NCBI GenBank assembly: GCA_963796275.1
Contig: CAWCKY010000006.1
Span: 320,001-384,000 of the forward strand
Reading direction: 5' to 3'
Source of the DNA: an uncultured Acidobacteriota bacterium
Lineage (GTDB): Bacteria; Acidobacteriota; Blastocatellia; RBC074
DNA: 64,000 bases
The notes below the pieces were generated by a model. The model saw nothing but the letters and a program-made list of their open reading frames with translations. It was not told where the DNA came from and did not search any database. Of this stretch, positions 53,350 to 63,726 are shown in pieces; the first letter of the stretch is position 1; every line of letters starts with the position of its first letter. The position numbers were made by a program, and so were the translations under genes.

Positions 53350-54096
53350 ATGAAGAAGACATTGTTCATTAGCCTAATTCTGCTGGCCTCTCTTGCCGTC
53401 GGGGAGACTGGGGCATTTTCGCAGAAACCGGATGAAAAGGCCCCGCCGTTAGAACTTGAAATGTATCAATTCGGGTTGCTCAAACGCGGTCCGAAATGGA
53501 CCGGCGGGAACACTCCAGAGATACAAAAGATTCAGGAAGGCCATATGGCCAATATCAACAAGATGGCGAAGGCCGGGAAATTAAGGGCTGCCGGGCCAAT
53601 GGGTGACGATGGCGAGATCCGCGGCGTCTTTATATTCAAAGCGGCGTCATTAGGTGAGGCGCGATCGCTTGCAGCGGAAGATCCGGCCATCAAAGCGGGA
53701 CGACTGACTCTTGAATTACACGATTGGTTGGGGCCGAAGAATATCGGCGTAAAAGTGCAGGAGGAGTTGAAAACGAATGCGAACCCGAAATACACGATGA
53801 CCAAATACTACTTGACGCTTCTCAGGCGCGGCCAGAAGAGTACTGACTTCTCGTCGCCGGAAAACCAGAAGTTGATTACGGATCATATCTCGAATGCGAA
53901 AAGGATGATGGCCGCCCGAACATTTATGGCCGCCGGACCATTTGATGAAAAAGGCGATCTGCGGGGCATCTTCGTGATCGCGGCCGGCTCACTCGAAGAG
54001 GCCCGCACGATCGCCGATGCTGATCCAGCCGTCAAAGCGGGGCTCCTGACTGCGGAAATTCATCCCTGGTATGTCGCTCAGGAAGTGTGGCCGTGA
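53350..54096 (+). CDS. exported YciI family protein with tandem domains
   Basis: Signal peptide and two copies of H..AAGP..RG.F...A...A.ADPA.KAG.L. Confidence 0.85.
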   Translation: MKKTLFISLILLASLAVGETGAFSQKPDEKAPPLELEMYQFGLLKRGPKWTGGNTPEIQKIQEGHMANINKMAKAGKLRAAGPMGDDGEIRGVFIFKAASLGEARSLAAEDPAIKAGRLTLELHDWLGPKNIGVKVQEELKTNANPKYTMTKYYLTLLRRGQKSTDFSSPENQKLITDHISNAKRMMAARTFMAAGPFDEKGDLRGIFVIAAGSLEEARTIADADPAVKAGLLTAEIHPWYVAQEVWP

Positions 54097-54299
54097 GATA
54101 AAAATGCGAAAAAGCGAAAAACCCGACTGACAGCCGTTAATTAATGCCGTGAGATTCTCATCGTACTTTTAATTTTCTCGCAACTTTCTTTTTTGAAACC
54201 GGCATGATGGCAATCATGTCTGGGCAAGTGGTATTACCTGATTTATAATCGCGGTTCCAAACACAATACAATAAATTGATGCAGCCGGGAGGCGTGACG

Positions 54300-57071
54300 A
54301 TGTTGAAGAGTAGTCTACTCTGGAAAACTCCTATCAGATCGATTATCACGATTGTCTTCATCTTATTCGTATCGACGCTGCAATTTACGCAGACAGCCTC
54401 GATGCAACAGAAGGAGCCATCGCGCGAAGGGGTGGAGTTCTTCGAAAAGAAGATACGCCCTGTGCTCGCCGACAGCTGTTACGCGTGCCACAGTGCGAAG
54501 GCCAAAAAGCCGCAGGGCGGATTGCTGCTCGATTCTATTGATTCAATGCTCAAAGGCGGCGCATCAGGTCAGCCCTCCATTGTTCCGGGCGATCCCGACA
54601 AGAGCCTTCTCATCAAAGCCATCCGTTACACCGACCCTAAATTACAAATGCCCTTCGGCGGCAAGTTGCCTGATCAAGTTATCAAGGATTTTGAAGAGTG
54701 GGTGAAGATGGGCGCGCCCGCTCCGCGCGGCGATGCAACGGTTGCGGCGAACCGGCCCGCCTACAATTTCGACGAAGCTAAAAAATTCTGGTCCTACCGA
54801 CCGATCGCGGATCACCAGCCGCCGGCGGTGAAAAATCAGACCTGGGTAAAGACTCCCATCGATCATTTCATCCTCGCAAAGCTCGAAGAGAAAAAATTGA
54901 AGCCGGTTGGCGACGCGGATAAGCGGACTTTGATTCGCCGCGCGACCTTCGACTTAACGGGCCTGCCTCCGTCTCCTGAGGAGATCGAAAAGTTTTTGAC
55001 TGACAAATCGCCGAACGCTTTCGAGAAGGTCATCGACCGCCTGCTGGCTTCCCCGGCTTACGGCGAGAGGTGGGGCAGGCACTGGCTCGATCTGGTGCGT
55101 TACGCAGATACGGCCGGAGATAATTCGGACTATCCTGTGCCGGCTGCCTATCGTTACCGCAACTATGTCATCGAATCGTTCAATAAAGACAAGCCATACG
55201 ACCAGTTCATCCGCGAACAGATCGCCGGCGATATTCTCGCAAGTCATCGCAGCCCGCTAGTAGATGGGAATCTCCCTGACGGCGAGGAAGACGAAGATGC
55301 TGCGGAGAAGAGAACGACTGCGGAAGAGCTGGAAAAGTCGCGCCAGGAAAAGATCATCGCTACCGGATACCTCGCCATGTCGCGCCGCTTCGGTTCGCGC
55401 AACAAGGAGATGAATTTGACGATCGATGACACGATCGATAATCTCGGCAAGACGTTTCTCGGCCTCAGCACAAGCTGCGCGCGCTGTCACGACCACAAGT
55501 TCGATCCGATCCCGCAGCGCGACTATTACGCGCTCTACGGCATGTTCAATAGCATCCGCTACTCGTTTCCGGGAGCAGAGATCTATCCGCATCCGGCTGA
55601 GATGGTCGCGCTCGGCTCCGGCGATGAAGCAGCGAGATTTTACAAGGTACAGAAGGAGTTGGAATCTCTCGACGATCGCGTAGAGTTCCTGAAAGTGGAG
55701 AGAGGGGCGGCCGCGCGCAACAAAAAGATGAGGGAAGATCAGGCTAAGAAGGAAGCGCAGGCAAAAGAAGCGGGAGCGAAGGGCGAGGCTAGAAGCGACA
55801 ATGAGAGTGGCGCGCAATCCGATGAAAAAGCGAAGACAAAGGTTGTCGAGCCGAAAGGCGAGACCAGGTCGGCCGATTACGACCGCGACAGCCATAACTC
55901 TTCGAGTGCGCAGAAGTCGAAGCGTATGCCGGAAGATGTTGAAGCCGAGAACAAGGCAGTCAGAGCGCGCATCGCCGAGCTGCATGCGCGTTACCTCAAG
56001 GCCCCGAAAGCTTATGCGGTGGTCGAGGGGCAGGTGGCGAATGCTCATATTCACCGGAAAGGGGACCCGAAGAACCTGGGTGAAAAAGCCCCACGGGGAT
56101 TCCTCACCATTCTCGGTGGCCAGCAGGTCCCGAAAGATCACGATGGCAGCGGGCGCGAACTGCTCGCCGATTGGATCGCTGACGCCAAGAACCCGTTGAC
56201 GGCTCGCGTAATGGCCAACCGGATATGGCAATATCATTTCGGCGCAGGCATTGTGCCGACGTCCAACGACTTCGGCTCGCGCGGGCGCGCCCCGACGCAT
56301 CCTGAACTGCTCGACTATCTGGCTACCCGCTTCATCGAGGGCGGCTGGTCGATGAAGAAGATGCACCGGATGATCATGCTCTCGCGCGTCTACCAGCTTG
56401 ACAGCGGAGAAGAGAGGCCGGGGGATATAAAGCGCGCAGATTTGCGGGCCCGACTTTTCGCTGGCAATTCTGCGATCGATGTAAGCAACGATTACTTATG
56501 GCGATTCAACCGCCGCCGTTTGTCCGCCGAAGAGGTCCGCGATTCGATGCTTTCGACCAGCGGCCAGCTCGACACCACGATGGGCGGGGAGCACCCATTC
56601 CCGTCGGAGACGACCTGGCGCTTCAGCCAGCACGTTCAGTTCTTCGGCGTTTACGACGCTAACCGCAGAAGCATTTATCTCATGCAGCAGCGATTGAAGA
56701 AGCACCCGTTTTTTGAGGTTTTTGACGGAGCTGACACGAATATGACGGTTGGCGAACGACCGCTTAGCACGACGCCGCTGCAGGCGCTCTACCTGATGAA
56801 CAATCCGTTCGTCCACGAGCAGGCAGATCAGTTCGCCCTGCGTGTCGGCATGGCCTACGATACGATGCCGGAACGGGTGGATTACGCATTCCAGCTGGCT
56901 TACGGGCGTTCGGCTAAGCCTGAAGAAGTCAGAGAGGCGATAGCATATATTAAAAAGACGAAGTTGAATTTACAGACGCTGAATATTCCTCGGGAAAAAT
57001 ATACTCGTATGGCCTTGGCGAGTTATTGCCGGGTGTTGTTAAGCAGTAATGAGTTTTTGTATGTAGATTAG
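54300..57071 (+). CDS. planctomycete-type cytochrome c + DUF1549 + DUF1553 (PSD1) protein
   Basis: FFEKKIRPVL, CYACH, YGERWGRHWLD, CARCHDHKFDP and TARVMANRIW motifs. GGAGG before ATG 54300. Confidence 0.92.
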   Translation: MLKSSLLWKTPIRSIITIVFILFVSTLQFTQTASMQQKEPSREGVEFFEKKIRPVLADSCYACHSAKAKKPQGGLLLDSIDSMLKGGASGQPSIVPGDPDKSLLIKAIRYTDPKLQMPFGGKLPDQVIKDFEEWVKMGAPAPRGDATVAANRPAYNFDEAKKFWSYRPIADHQPPAVKNQTWVKTPIDHFILAKLEEKKLKPVGDADKRTLIRRATFDLTGLPPSPEEIEKFLTDKSPNAFEKVIDRLLASPAYGERWGRHWLDLVRYADTAGDNSDYPVPAAYRYRNYVIESFNKDKPYDQFIREQIAGDILASHRSPLVDGNLPDGEEDEDAAEKRTTAEELEKSRQEKIIATGYLAMSRRFGSRNKEMNLTIDDTIDNLGKTFLGLSTSCARCHDHKFDPIPQRDYYALYGMFNSIRYSFPGAEIYPHPAEMVALGSGDEAARFYKVQKELESLDDRVEFLKVERGAAARNKKMREDQAKKEAQAKEAGAKGEARSDNESGAQSDEKAKTKVVEPKGETRSADYDRDSHNSSSAQKSKRMPEDVEAENKAVRARIAELHARYLKAPKAYAVVEGQVANAHIHRKGDPKNLGEKAPRGFLTILGGQQVPKDHDGSGRELLADWIADAKNPLTARVMANRIWQYHFGAGIVPTSNDFGSRGRAPTHPELLDYLATRFIEGGWSMKKMHRMIMLSRVYQLDSGEERPGDIKRADLRARLFAGNSAIDVSNDYLWRFNRRRLSAEEVRDSMLSTSGQLDTTMGGEHPFPSETTWRFSQHVQFFGVYDANRRSIYLMQQRLKKHPFFEVFDGADTNMTVGERPLSTTPLQALYLMNNPFVHEQADQFALRVGMAYDTMPERVDYAFQLAYGRSAKPEEVREAIAYIKKTKLNLQTLNIPREKYTRMALASYCRVLLSSNEFLYVD

Positions 57072-57122
57072 CAACGGGATCACGGCAAAACTGGCACAAC
57101 ATCTAAGAACACAAAAGTAACG

Positions 57123-58511
57123 ATGATTATGAATAAAAACGACTTTACCCGCCGCGCAATGATCCGATCGCTCTTCAGCGGTTCGCTGATAATGCCTGCC
57201 GTCTTTTCGCAGTTGCTTGCGGCCGACGGCCGGGCGAAAGAGCTGGGAACGGACAATCCGCTCGCGCCCAAACAACCGCACTTTCCTCCCAAAGCGAAGC
57301 GGGTGATCTACATCTACCTGCCCGGCGGCATGTCGCACGTCGATTCCTTCGATTACAAGCCGAAGCTAATCGAAGACGCAAAAGCGAATCGCCTTTACCA
57401 AGGCAGGCGTAAACTGCTCGAACCGCGGTGGGAGTTCAAGCCTCGGGGCAAGAGCGGCATCTACGTCAGCGAGCTTTTTCCGCATATTGCCGAGTGCGCC
57501 GATGATATTTGCGTCATCAATTCATTGCGCGGCGACCATAACGATCATTTCCAGGCGACGCTGGGCATCCACACCGGCTCTGTCACGTTCAAGCGTCCGA
57601 GCATCGGTTCGTGGGTGAGCTATGGACTGGGCACTGAAAATCGTAACCTTCCATCTTTCGTGGTGCTCGCTCCGCAACTGCCTTACACTGGGGCGCAGGC
57701 ATGGGATTCAGACTTTCTTCCCGCGATGCATCAAGGCACGCGCGTGGTCGCCGGGGACGAACCGGTGGCGAATCTCAACCGGCGGTCTCCGTCGCCCACG
57801 ATTCAACAGGCTGAATTGAGCCTGCTCGAACGGTTCAACGGCCGCCATCTGCAGGCGCGGACGGCCGATCCGCAACTCGAGGCGCGCATCAAGACGTATG
57901 AGACGGCATTCGGAATGCAGCGTGAAATGCCCGAGGTTCTCGACCTTTCAAAGGAGACCGACGCGACATTGAACCTATACGGTTTGAAGCGCGGCCAGAC
58001 GACCGGCTTCGGCTGGCAGGCGATCGTCGCGCGGCGAATGGTTGAGCGCGGCGTGCGGTTCATCGAATTGATCGACGTGGGCGCATCGAAGAACTGGGAT
58101 GCGCACAGCGATGTGAAGACGCACGAGCCGCTGGCGCGCAATATCGATAAACCGATTGCCGGATTGATCAAAGACCTCAAATCTCGTGGGCTGTTCGACG
58201 ACACGCTCATCGTTTTTACGACCGAATTCGGACGCTCCCCCGCAGCGGAAGGCGAATACGGTCGCGGTCATTTCTGCTTCGCTTTTTCTTCGTGGCTGGC
58301 CGGCGGCGGGACTAAAGGAGGAATGGTTTACGGCAAGAGCGATGATTACGGGATGAAAGTGGCGGAAAATGAATGCCACGTGCACGATTTTCATGCGACG
58401 ATCCTGCATCTGCTCGGCTTCGATCACACCAGGCTGACCTTCCGGTACGGCGGACGAGATTTCAGACTGACCGATGTGCACGGAAATGTAGTGAAACAGA
58501 TATTGGCTTGA
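57123..58511 (+). CDS. DUF1501 domain protein (Tat-exported)
   Basis: TRRAM Tat-like motif, GGMSHVDSFD, TEFGRSP and RLTDVHG. Usual partner of DUF1553 proteins. Confidence 0.92.
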   Translation: MIMNKNDFTRRAMIRSLFSGSLIMPAVFSQLLAADGRAKELGTDNPLAPKQPHFPPKAKRVIYIYLPGGMSHVDSFDYKPKLIEDAKANRLYQGRRKLLEPRWEFKPRGKSGIYVSELFPHIAECADDICVINSLRGDHNDHFQATLGIHTGSVTFKRPSIGSWVSYGLGTENRNLPSFVVLAPQLPYTGAQAWDSDFLPAMHQGTRVVAGDEPVANLNRRSPSPTIQQAELSLLERFNGRHLQARTADPQLEARIKTYETAFGMQREMPEVLDLSKETDATLNLYGLKRGQTTGFGWQAIVARRMVERGVRFIELIDVGASKNWDAHSDVKTHEPLARNIDKPIAGLIKDLKSRGLFDDTLIVFTTEFGRSPAAEGEYGRGHFCFAFSSWLAGGGTKGGMVYGKSDDYGMKVAENECHVHDFHATILHLLGFDHTRLTFRYGGRDFRLTDVHGNVVKQILA

Positions 58512-58593
58512 TCAATACTATGGATTGAAGCGGATGCGACGGATCATACGGATAAAATCCAGAATACCCGTTGCATCCGCGCAAATCAGCGAG

Positions 58594-59004
58594 TCAAACT
58601 TCGTTCGACCTGTTGGCAGCGATCATTCTCAACCTCTCCTCTCTCCCTCTCTTCCTTTCGTTGTATCCACGATCACCATATGGTTCCAGCTTCTCCAGCC
58701 AGAGTTCTTCTAAGAATGCCAGGTCGGCGCTATATTCGTAGTTGGGATCTGGATTCGGCTGAAGTTCATCCAGAATTTCAAAGGCGAAGCTCTTGCTTCC
58801 CCATTCATTCCATTCCGCCTGTAGCGTTTTGTTCGGGTGACTTCCCGCCGTTAACTGGAATTTGTGTCGATTGAGAATTCCCGGAAGATTGAGAGCTGCC
58901 CCCACCAGTACTTTATGATTGACCAGATTGTAAATCTGGAAAACACCCATTGGTCGGTGATTCTGTTTATATTCCCGTTTCAATTCTTTCTTTGCGTTGT
59001 CCAT
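58594..59004 (-). CDS. GIY-YIG nuclease family protein
   Basis: PMGVFQIYNLVNHKVLVG, HPNKTLQAEW, FAFEIL and GYN motifs. Confidence 0.75.
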   Translation of the reverse strand: MDNAKKELKREYKQNHRPMGVFQIYNLVNHKVLVGAALNLPGILNRHKFQLTAGSHPNKTLQAEWNEWGSKSFAFEILDELQPNPDPNYEYSADLAFLEELWLEKLEPYGDRGYNERKRGREERLRMIAANRSNEV

Positions 59005-59047
59005 TCCGGAATCCAGTCAACTGAGGCATGTACAAATTAAAGTTGGT

Positions 59048-59126
59048 AACTGCACAGCCTCTTCGCCGCGTTAGCAGCGGTTGATGGTAGCCGTGGTTTT
59101 AACCCACGGTGGCAGTAGATTTTTTC
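59048..59126. repeat. partial copy of the REP-like element arm
   Basis: CAGCCTCTTCGCCGCGTTAGCAGCGGTTGATGGTAGCCGTGGTTTTAACCCACGG is nearly identical to 59216-59268. Confidence 0.8.
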
Positions 59127-59268
59127 TGTGACGGTCGCTTGATCCATAAATAGTTTTCAGTTTTAGTTGCTGATCGATACAGCTCAGCTAAAACAAAAAC
59201 CTGAAATTAACTGTACAGCCTCTTCGCCGCGTTAGCGGCGGCTGATTGTAGCCGTGGGTTTTAACCCA

Positions 59269-60659
59269 CTGGTATCTACACATTTCCGACGGTTAGGAAT
59301 AGCCTGGCACAATGAGCCGGGCCATCTGTTTAAGGTCATTGAGGTCATAATGTTCGAGCAATTCAAGTGTCGACAAGAAACTCCAAAACCCAGCCAACAA
59401 TGCTGGTGCAGTGGGTTGCCCACGCCGAACTTGTCGACCGCTCAATCGCACCAAGAGATTGCGCAGGGTGACCGTCTGCGGATCCGTTGCGCGTTGGATG
59501 TGCCAGACTACGACACAAGCCATGGCCACCACCAACAAACGTTTGGCAATCGCCTCAGCAGTTTCCTGCTGCCACTGGTCGACTTGGAAACCATGGCTTT
59601 TAAGCAACTTGAAGTAAGATTCAATTCTCCAGCGCCAGTAGTACCATTCGGCCAGTTGCTCAGCGCTGATGCCAGCCGGCACGTTACTGAGCAAGTACCA
59701 TTCAGCCGCAATCGTTTCATCGGGCAAGCGCAGTTGACAGACAATCAAGCGCAGTTCGAGCGGCTCACCTTTGATCCATTGACGCTTGCCCCCGTCGCGC
59801 GCGCGGGGAAAGGCCGGACGATCAATGACGATGCTGGTTTCGCCCACAAACAGTTGCCCAATGAGATTGGCCGAAATCTCTACCGCTTGGCTAGCGCGCA
59901 AGGCGACCTGTGCTGCGACCTGGCTCAACGGTTGTGTCCGCTCCTGCCAAACAACTCTCTGTTCCCCGTTGGCACGTACTTCAAACAGATGGCCTTCACT
60001 ATTCCATTGACGATAGTGAAAGATCGAGTCGCCTTCCCGATCAATGATGTGGACCAGCGGCAACGACAGTTTTTGCTTCTGCGAAGCCCGCATTGTCTGG
60101 CTCACCAATCCCAGGGGCGACCAATCTCTGTGCCTCTCTTCATCAAGCGTTGTGTGCCATCCATCATTGGCCCACAGCCCAAGGCTGATCGGCGCTATCG
60201 GCGCCCCGCTCTGGTCGCTCAGCAGCAACGTGGTCGCCAGTTTGTAGCCCAAGTCGCTGCCGATTTTTTTCCGATCCTTCTTGCTCGTGTGCGTTCCGTA
60301 GCGCAGATCAGACCAGTCGTGGATCGCCAGTCCATACCGTCGACAGACAAGCGGCATCTCCCGCCGAGCTTGTTCTACCAACGGTTCGACCAGCCCCGTC
60401 AGCTTCACATTGGGGTTGGCATAAAATCGCCAGGCCGCTTGCGTGCTGGCAAACGCTTCATTAACGCTCGGCAGCGCACGCGATCCAGCAGCTTGATTCT
60501 CGCTTGTATGGAGATGTTCATTCACCAGCCTCTCATACCGTCTTTGCAAACGGGGGTCAAATGGAGGTTTGAGGAGAAACATTCAAAGAGCATATTCTTC
60601 GGTAGGTTTGATTGCGATAACTCTTTGCAACCAAACGCAAAAACTTGTGTAGATACCAG
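59269..60659 (-). mobile_element. IS4 family insertion sequence (IS50/Tn5-like), 1391 bp
   Basis: Perfect 14-bp TIR CTGGTATCTACACA / TGTGTAGATACCAG. Flanking direct repeat TGGGTTTTAACCCA at 59255-59268 and 60660-60673. Confidence 0.92.
59293..60582 (-). CDS. IS4 family transposase
   Basis: FDPRLQRR, QAAWRFYAN, HDWS, DREGD and the YREK signature YYWRWRIESYFKLLK. Confidence 0.92.
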   Translation of the reverse strand: MFLLKPPFDPRLQRRYERLVNEHLHTSENQAAGSRALPSVNEAFASTQAAWRFYANPNVKLTGLVEPLVEQARREMPLVCRRYGLAIHDWSDLRYGTHTSKKDRKKIGSDLGYKLATTLLLSDQSGAPIAPISLGLWANDGWHTTLDEERHRDWSPLGLVSQTMRASQKQKLSLPLVHIIDREGDSIFHYRQWNSEGHLFEVRANGEQRVVWQERTQPLSQVAAQVALRASQAVEISANLIGQLFVGETSIVIDRPAFPRARDGGKRQWIKGEPLELRLIVCQLRLPDETIAAEWYLLSNVPAGISAEQLAEWYYWRWRIESYFKLLKSHGFQVDQWQQETAEAIAKRLLVVAMACVVVWHIQRATDPQTVTLRNLLVRLSGRQVRRGQPTAPALLAGFWSFLSTLELLEHYDLNDLKQMARLIVPGYS

Positions 60660-60791
60660 TGGGTTTTAACCCACGGTGCCGGCAGAGATTTTTTCACGTC
60701 GCGTCAGCGACGGTTGAATTCAGGCGTCGCTAACGCGACGCGGGAATATCCTTCAAGCCTTCCGTGGGTTAAAACCCACGGCTACAATCAA

Positions 60792-61220
60792 CCGCCGCTA
60801 ACGCGGCGAAGAGACTGCCGCCGCTAACGCGGCAAGAGACTGCCGCCGTTAACGCGGCAAGAGACTGCCGCCGCTAACGCGGCAAGAGACTGCCGCCGTT
60901 AACGCGGCAAGAGACTGCCGCCGCTAACGCGGCAAGAGACTGCCGCCGTTAACGCGGCAAGAGATTGCCGCCGCTAACGCGGCAAGAGGCTGCCGCCGCT
61001 AACGCGGCAAGAGGCTGCCGCCGCTAACGCGGCAAGAGACTGCCGCCGCTAACGCGGCAAGAGACTGCCGCCGCTAACGCGGCAAGAGACTGCCGCCGCT
61101 AACGCGGCAAGAGGCTGCCGCCGCTAACGCGGCAAGAGACTGCCGCCGCTAACGCGGCAAGAGACTGCCGCCGCTAACGCGGCAAGAGACTGCCGCCGCT
61201 AACGCGGCAAGAGGCTGCCG
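60792..61220. repeat. tandem array of ~17 x 25 bp (GCCGCCGCTAACGCGGCAAGAGACT)
   Basis: 16 full units from 60817 at an exact 25-bp period plus one variant lead unit. Each unit holds the hairpin GCCGC-TAAC-GCGGC. No spacers. Confidence 0.95.
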
Positions 61221-61390
61221 TTGTTATCAGCAGTTTCTGATTGGCTCCTCTGGCGCTCAAGACCGACAACGATCTTGCACGCAGTTATTACGATCGTGCT
61301 CGCATTCTCTTTGAAGTCATTTGATGGACCAGGAAGCATGCCGAGAGTCGTTGATAACAATCAACTTTGATTTGCACATCCTCAAGTGAA

Positions 61391-62368
61391 CTAGGAGCAA
61401 TTAACCTTTTTGTACACTAAATCCGCGAGCGCCCGGATGAAGCTGGGCGTTGTGTTAAACGCGGGGACTCGCCGATAAGCGCGAAACCCCAGCTCATCCG
61501 CCAGCTTTTTATAAAGAATATCGAGCTCATAGAGCGTTTCTATGTGCTCGGAGACGAAGCTGACCGGAATGGCGAGCACCTGTTCTACACCTTTCGCTTT
61601 CAGTTCGCGCAGTTTCTGGTCCGTTGTCGGTTCGAGCCATTTAACCGGTCCGACCTTGCTCTGGAAGCTGAGATGAACGGGGCCGACATTCCCCAACTTA
61701 TCAGATACTTTTTGCACCGTCTCCTGCGTGTGCCGGTAGTACGGATCGCCGTTCGTTATGTAGCTCTCAGGCACGCTGTGGGCGCTGAAGAGCAGATGAA
61801 CGCGCCGCGGATCCGGATCAGGAAATTTTTCAATCTCTTCGGAAATCTGGCCGGCGAGCGCGGCGATATAGGGTTCATGCGTGTGCCAGCGCGTGATGTA
61901 ATGGCGTCGAATCTGGCGCAGGCCGCCGCGTCGATCGAGTTGAGAGACGAAATCTTTAAAACTCGATCCCGTGGTCGATACTGAGAATTGAGGATAGAGC
62001 GGCAGCACGATCAAATTATCAACTCCATCCCGTATGATCTCTTCGATTGCTATCTCGGTAAATGGATGCCAGTACCGCATACCGACGTATACTTTGGCAT
62101 CGATCCCGCGTCCGGTAAGTTCCGTTTGCAATGCCTCGGCCTGCTCGCCGGTGATGCGTCGAAGGGGCGAGCCGCCGCCGATCAGCGAATAATATCCGGA
62201 AGATTTTTTGTAACGCGTAGTCGCAATCAGCCACGCCAGAGGCTTTTGCATCGCGCGGATCGGAAGGCGCACGATCTCCGGATCGGAGAAGAGATTGAAC
62301 AAGAATGGGCGCACGTCCGCCAATGTTTCAGGGCCGCCGAGGTTGAAAAGTAGAACGCCGAGTTTCAT
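61391..62368 (-). CDS. hemH: ferrochelatase
   Basis: LFNLGGP, GGGSPL, LYPQFSVSTTGS, LFSAHSVP and FVSEHIETLYELD motifs. Confidence 0.96.
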   Translation of the reverse strand: MKLGVLLFNLGGPETLADVRPFLFNLFSDPEIVRLPIRAMQKPLAWLIATTRYKKSSGYYSLIGGGSPLRRITGEQAEALQTELTGRGIDAKVYVGMRYWHPFTEIAIEEIIRDGVDNLIVLPLYPQFSVSTTGSSFKDFVSQLDRRGGLRQIRRHYITRWHTHEPYIAALAGQISEEIEKFPDPDPRRVHLLFSAHSVPESYITNGDPYYRHTQETVQKVSDKLGNVGPVHLSFQSKVGPVKWLEPTTDQKLRELKAKGVEQVLAIPVSFVSEHIETLYELDILYKKLADELGFRAYRRVPAFNTTPSFIRALADLVYKKVNCS

Positions 62369-62452
62369 AACTTAAGAAAGAATTCACCACCAGATATTAC
62401 CTCTTTAGCGGTTTTCGCCCTTTTGTGATTTTTGTGATGAATCCTTGGGCAT

Positions 62453-63724
62453 TTAAAATGTTCCCGCGATCACTGTCGCTGCCACCTCAGGATGGAGATA
62501 TTTGCGGATCGCTTCGTCGATTTGTCGTTTGGTCAGAGAAGCGATCAGGGAAGGGAACTCGTCCAGATACTTCACCCCCAGTCCGAAAAGTTCCGCGCTC
62601 GCTATCTGGCCAGCCATCCCGCCGTTGGTTGCCAGGCCGATTTTATAGGATCCAATAGAGGATGATTGTTCATCCTTCAACTCGTCTTCGCGGATGCCGT
62701 TAGCGATATAGTCGCGAACGATCTCCTGTGTGGTATCGATTGCCAGCTCGATATTATGCGGAGCCACGGTGACTCCGATGGTGAACGGACCGTCGCCGAT
62801 GCCGGATTCACCGAGGCTCGAATGTATACCGTAAGTCAGTCCCATCTCGTCGCGCACCTTCAATCCGAGGCGCGATGACAGGGTCGACTGACCGAGTGCG
62901 CTGTTGGCAATTCTCGCTGGCAGATAGTCCGGGTTTGCGCGTCGCAGCCGTGAAGCGTGACCTATGAAGATGTCACAGTTCGCTTTGTCTTTCATCGGCA
63001 CGACCTCGCGCCGCGCTTCCGTTAACAGAGGCGTCTCTGGGAGGTTTATCTCGGTGGCGGGAGCCCCTATCCAATCGCCCAGGTTCTCCTCGACTGTCGC
63101 GCGAACCCGGTCAGCCTCCACATCGCCGACGACCGCAATGATCATCGTGGCCGAACCGTAATGTCTACGATAGAACTCCTTCAGATCGTCGGTAATAATC
63201 GTCTCGACTTGTTGAATAAGTTTTTCTGCCGGGAGGTGATGAAACGGATTGCCTTCCCGGTAAAGGATCTGGCTAAGTCTCTCGTAAGCGCGAACTCGCG
63301 TCTCATCCTGGTCTTCCCATATGCTGGCTATGATTCGTTGCTTGAGTTTTTCCAGCTCTTCGGCAGGGAAGGATGGCTCGCGCAGTTCTTCGGCCAATGT
63401 CGAGATGATCAGGGGAAAATCGCAGCTCAGCGACTGCCCCGTTAAAGACACGGTGAAAGTGTTAGATGAGATGCCCATCCGCGCACCCGCGAATTCCAGG
63501 CCCTCTGCAATCTCGAGCTTACTGCGTCTGGTCGTACCCTTATTGAGCATGCTTGCGGTGATGCTCGAAAGGCCCTCTTTGACGGGTGGGTTGAAAAATG
63601 CCCCCGCGATGAGATAACCGGAGATTGAGACCGTGGGGTTCGCATGATTTTCGAGCACGAACAGCTTAATACCATTTGAAAGCTGAAAACGTTTAGTGCG
63701 TGAAGCAAAAGAGTTATTACTCAT
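62453..63724 (-). CDS. M16 family peptidase, likely non-catalytic subunit
   Basis: LSNGIK and SSRLGLKVRDEMGLTY motifs. HxxEH is absent (GLSSITASML). Confidence 0.88.
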   Translation of the reverse strand: MSNNSFASRTKRFQLSNGIKLFVLENHANPTVSISGYLIAGAFFNPPVKEGLSSITASMLNKGTTRRSKLEIAEGLEFAGARMGISSNTFTVSLTGQSLSCDFPLIISTLAEELREPSFPAEELEKLKQRIIASIWEDQDETRVRAYERLSQILYREGNPFHHLPAEKLIQQVETIITDDLKEFYRRHYGSATMIIAVVGDVEADRVRATVEENLGDWIGAPATEINLPETPLLTEARREVVPMKDKANCDIFIGHASRLRRANPDYLPARIANSALGQSTLSSRLGLKVRDEMGLTYGIHSSLGESGIGDGPFTIGVTVAPHNIELAIDTTQEIVRDYIANGIREDELKDEQSSSIGSYKIGLATNGGMAGQIASAELFGLGVKYLDEFPSLIASLTKRQIDEAIRKYLHPEVAATVIAGTF

Positions 63725-63726
63725 AA

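Larger units (their letters stand above)
59216..60817. repeat. REP doublet (REPIN-like) with ~55-bp inverted arms, interrupted by the IS
   Basis: Left arm CAGCCTCTTCGCCGCGTTAGCGGCGGCTGATTGTAGCCGTGGGTTTTAACCCAC pairs with right arm CCGTGGGTTAAAACCCACGGCTACAATCAACCGCCGCTAACGCGGCGAAGAGACTG. Inner CGTCGC/GCGACG hairpins. Confidence 0.8.

Noticed and set aside
54300-58511. DUF1549/DUF1553 + DUF1501 pair as a new system
   Set aside because: Its function is unknown, but it is a well-known and abundant gene pair in Planctomycetota, Verrucomicrobiota and Acidobacteriota.
58520-58592. CGGAT/ATCCG-rich intergenic stretch as an ncRNA (other degenerate repeat-like stretches at ~53235-53292 and ~62385-62445)
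   Set aside because: These look like degenerate short intergenic palindromic repeats, and no RNA family features were recognisable.
59254-60669. 471-aa plus-strand ORF spanning the IS
   Set aside because: It is antisense to the transposase, has no recognisable motifs, and begins and ends in the duplicated target.
60792-61220. CRISPR array
   Set aside because: Units are contiguous with no unique spacers, no cas genes are nearby, and the unit derives from the adjacent REP arm.
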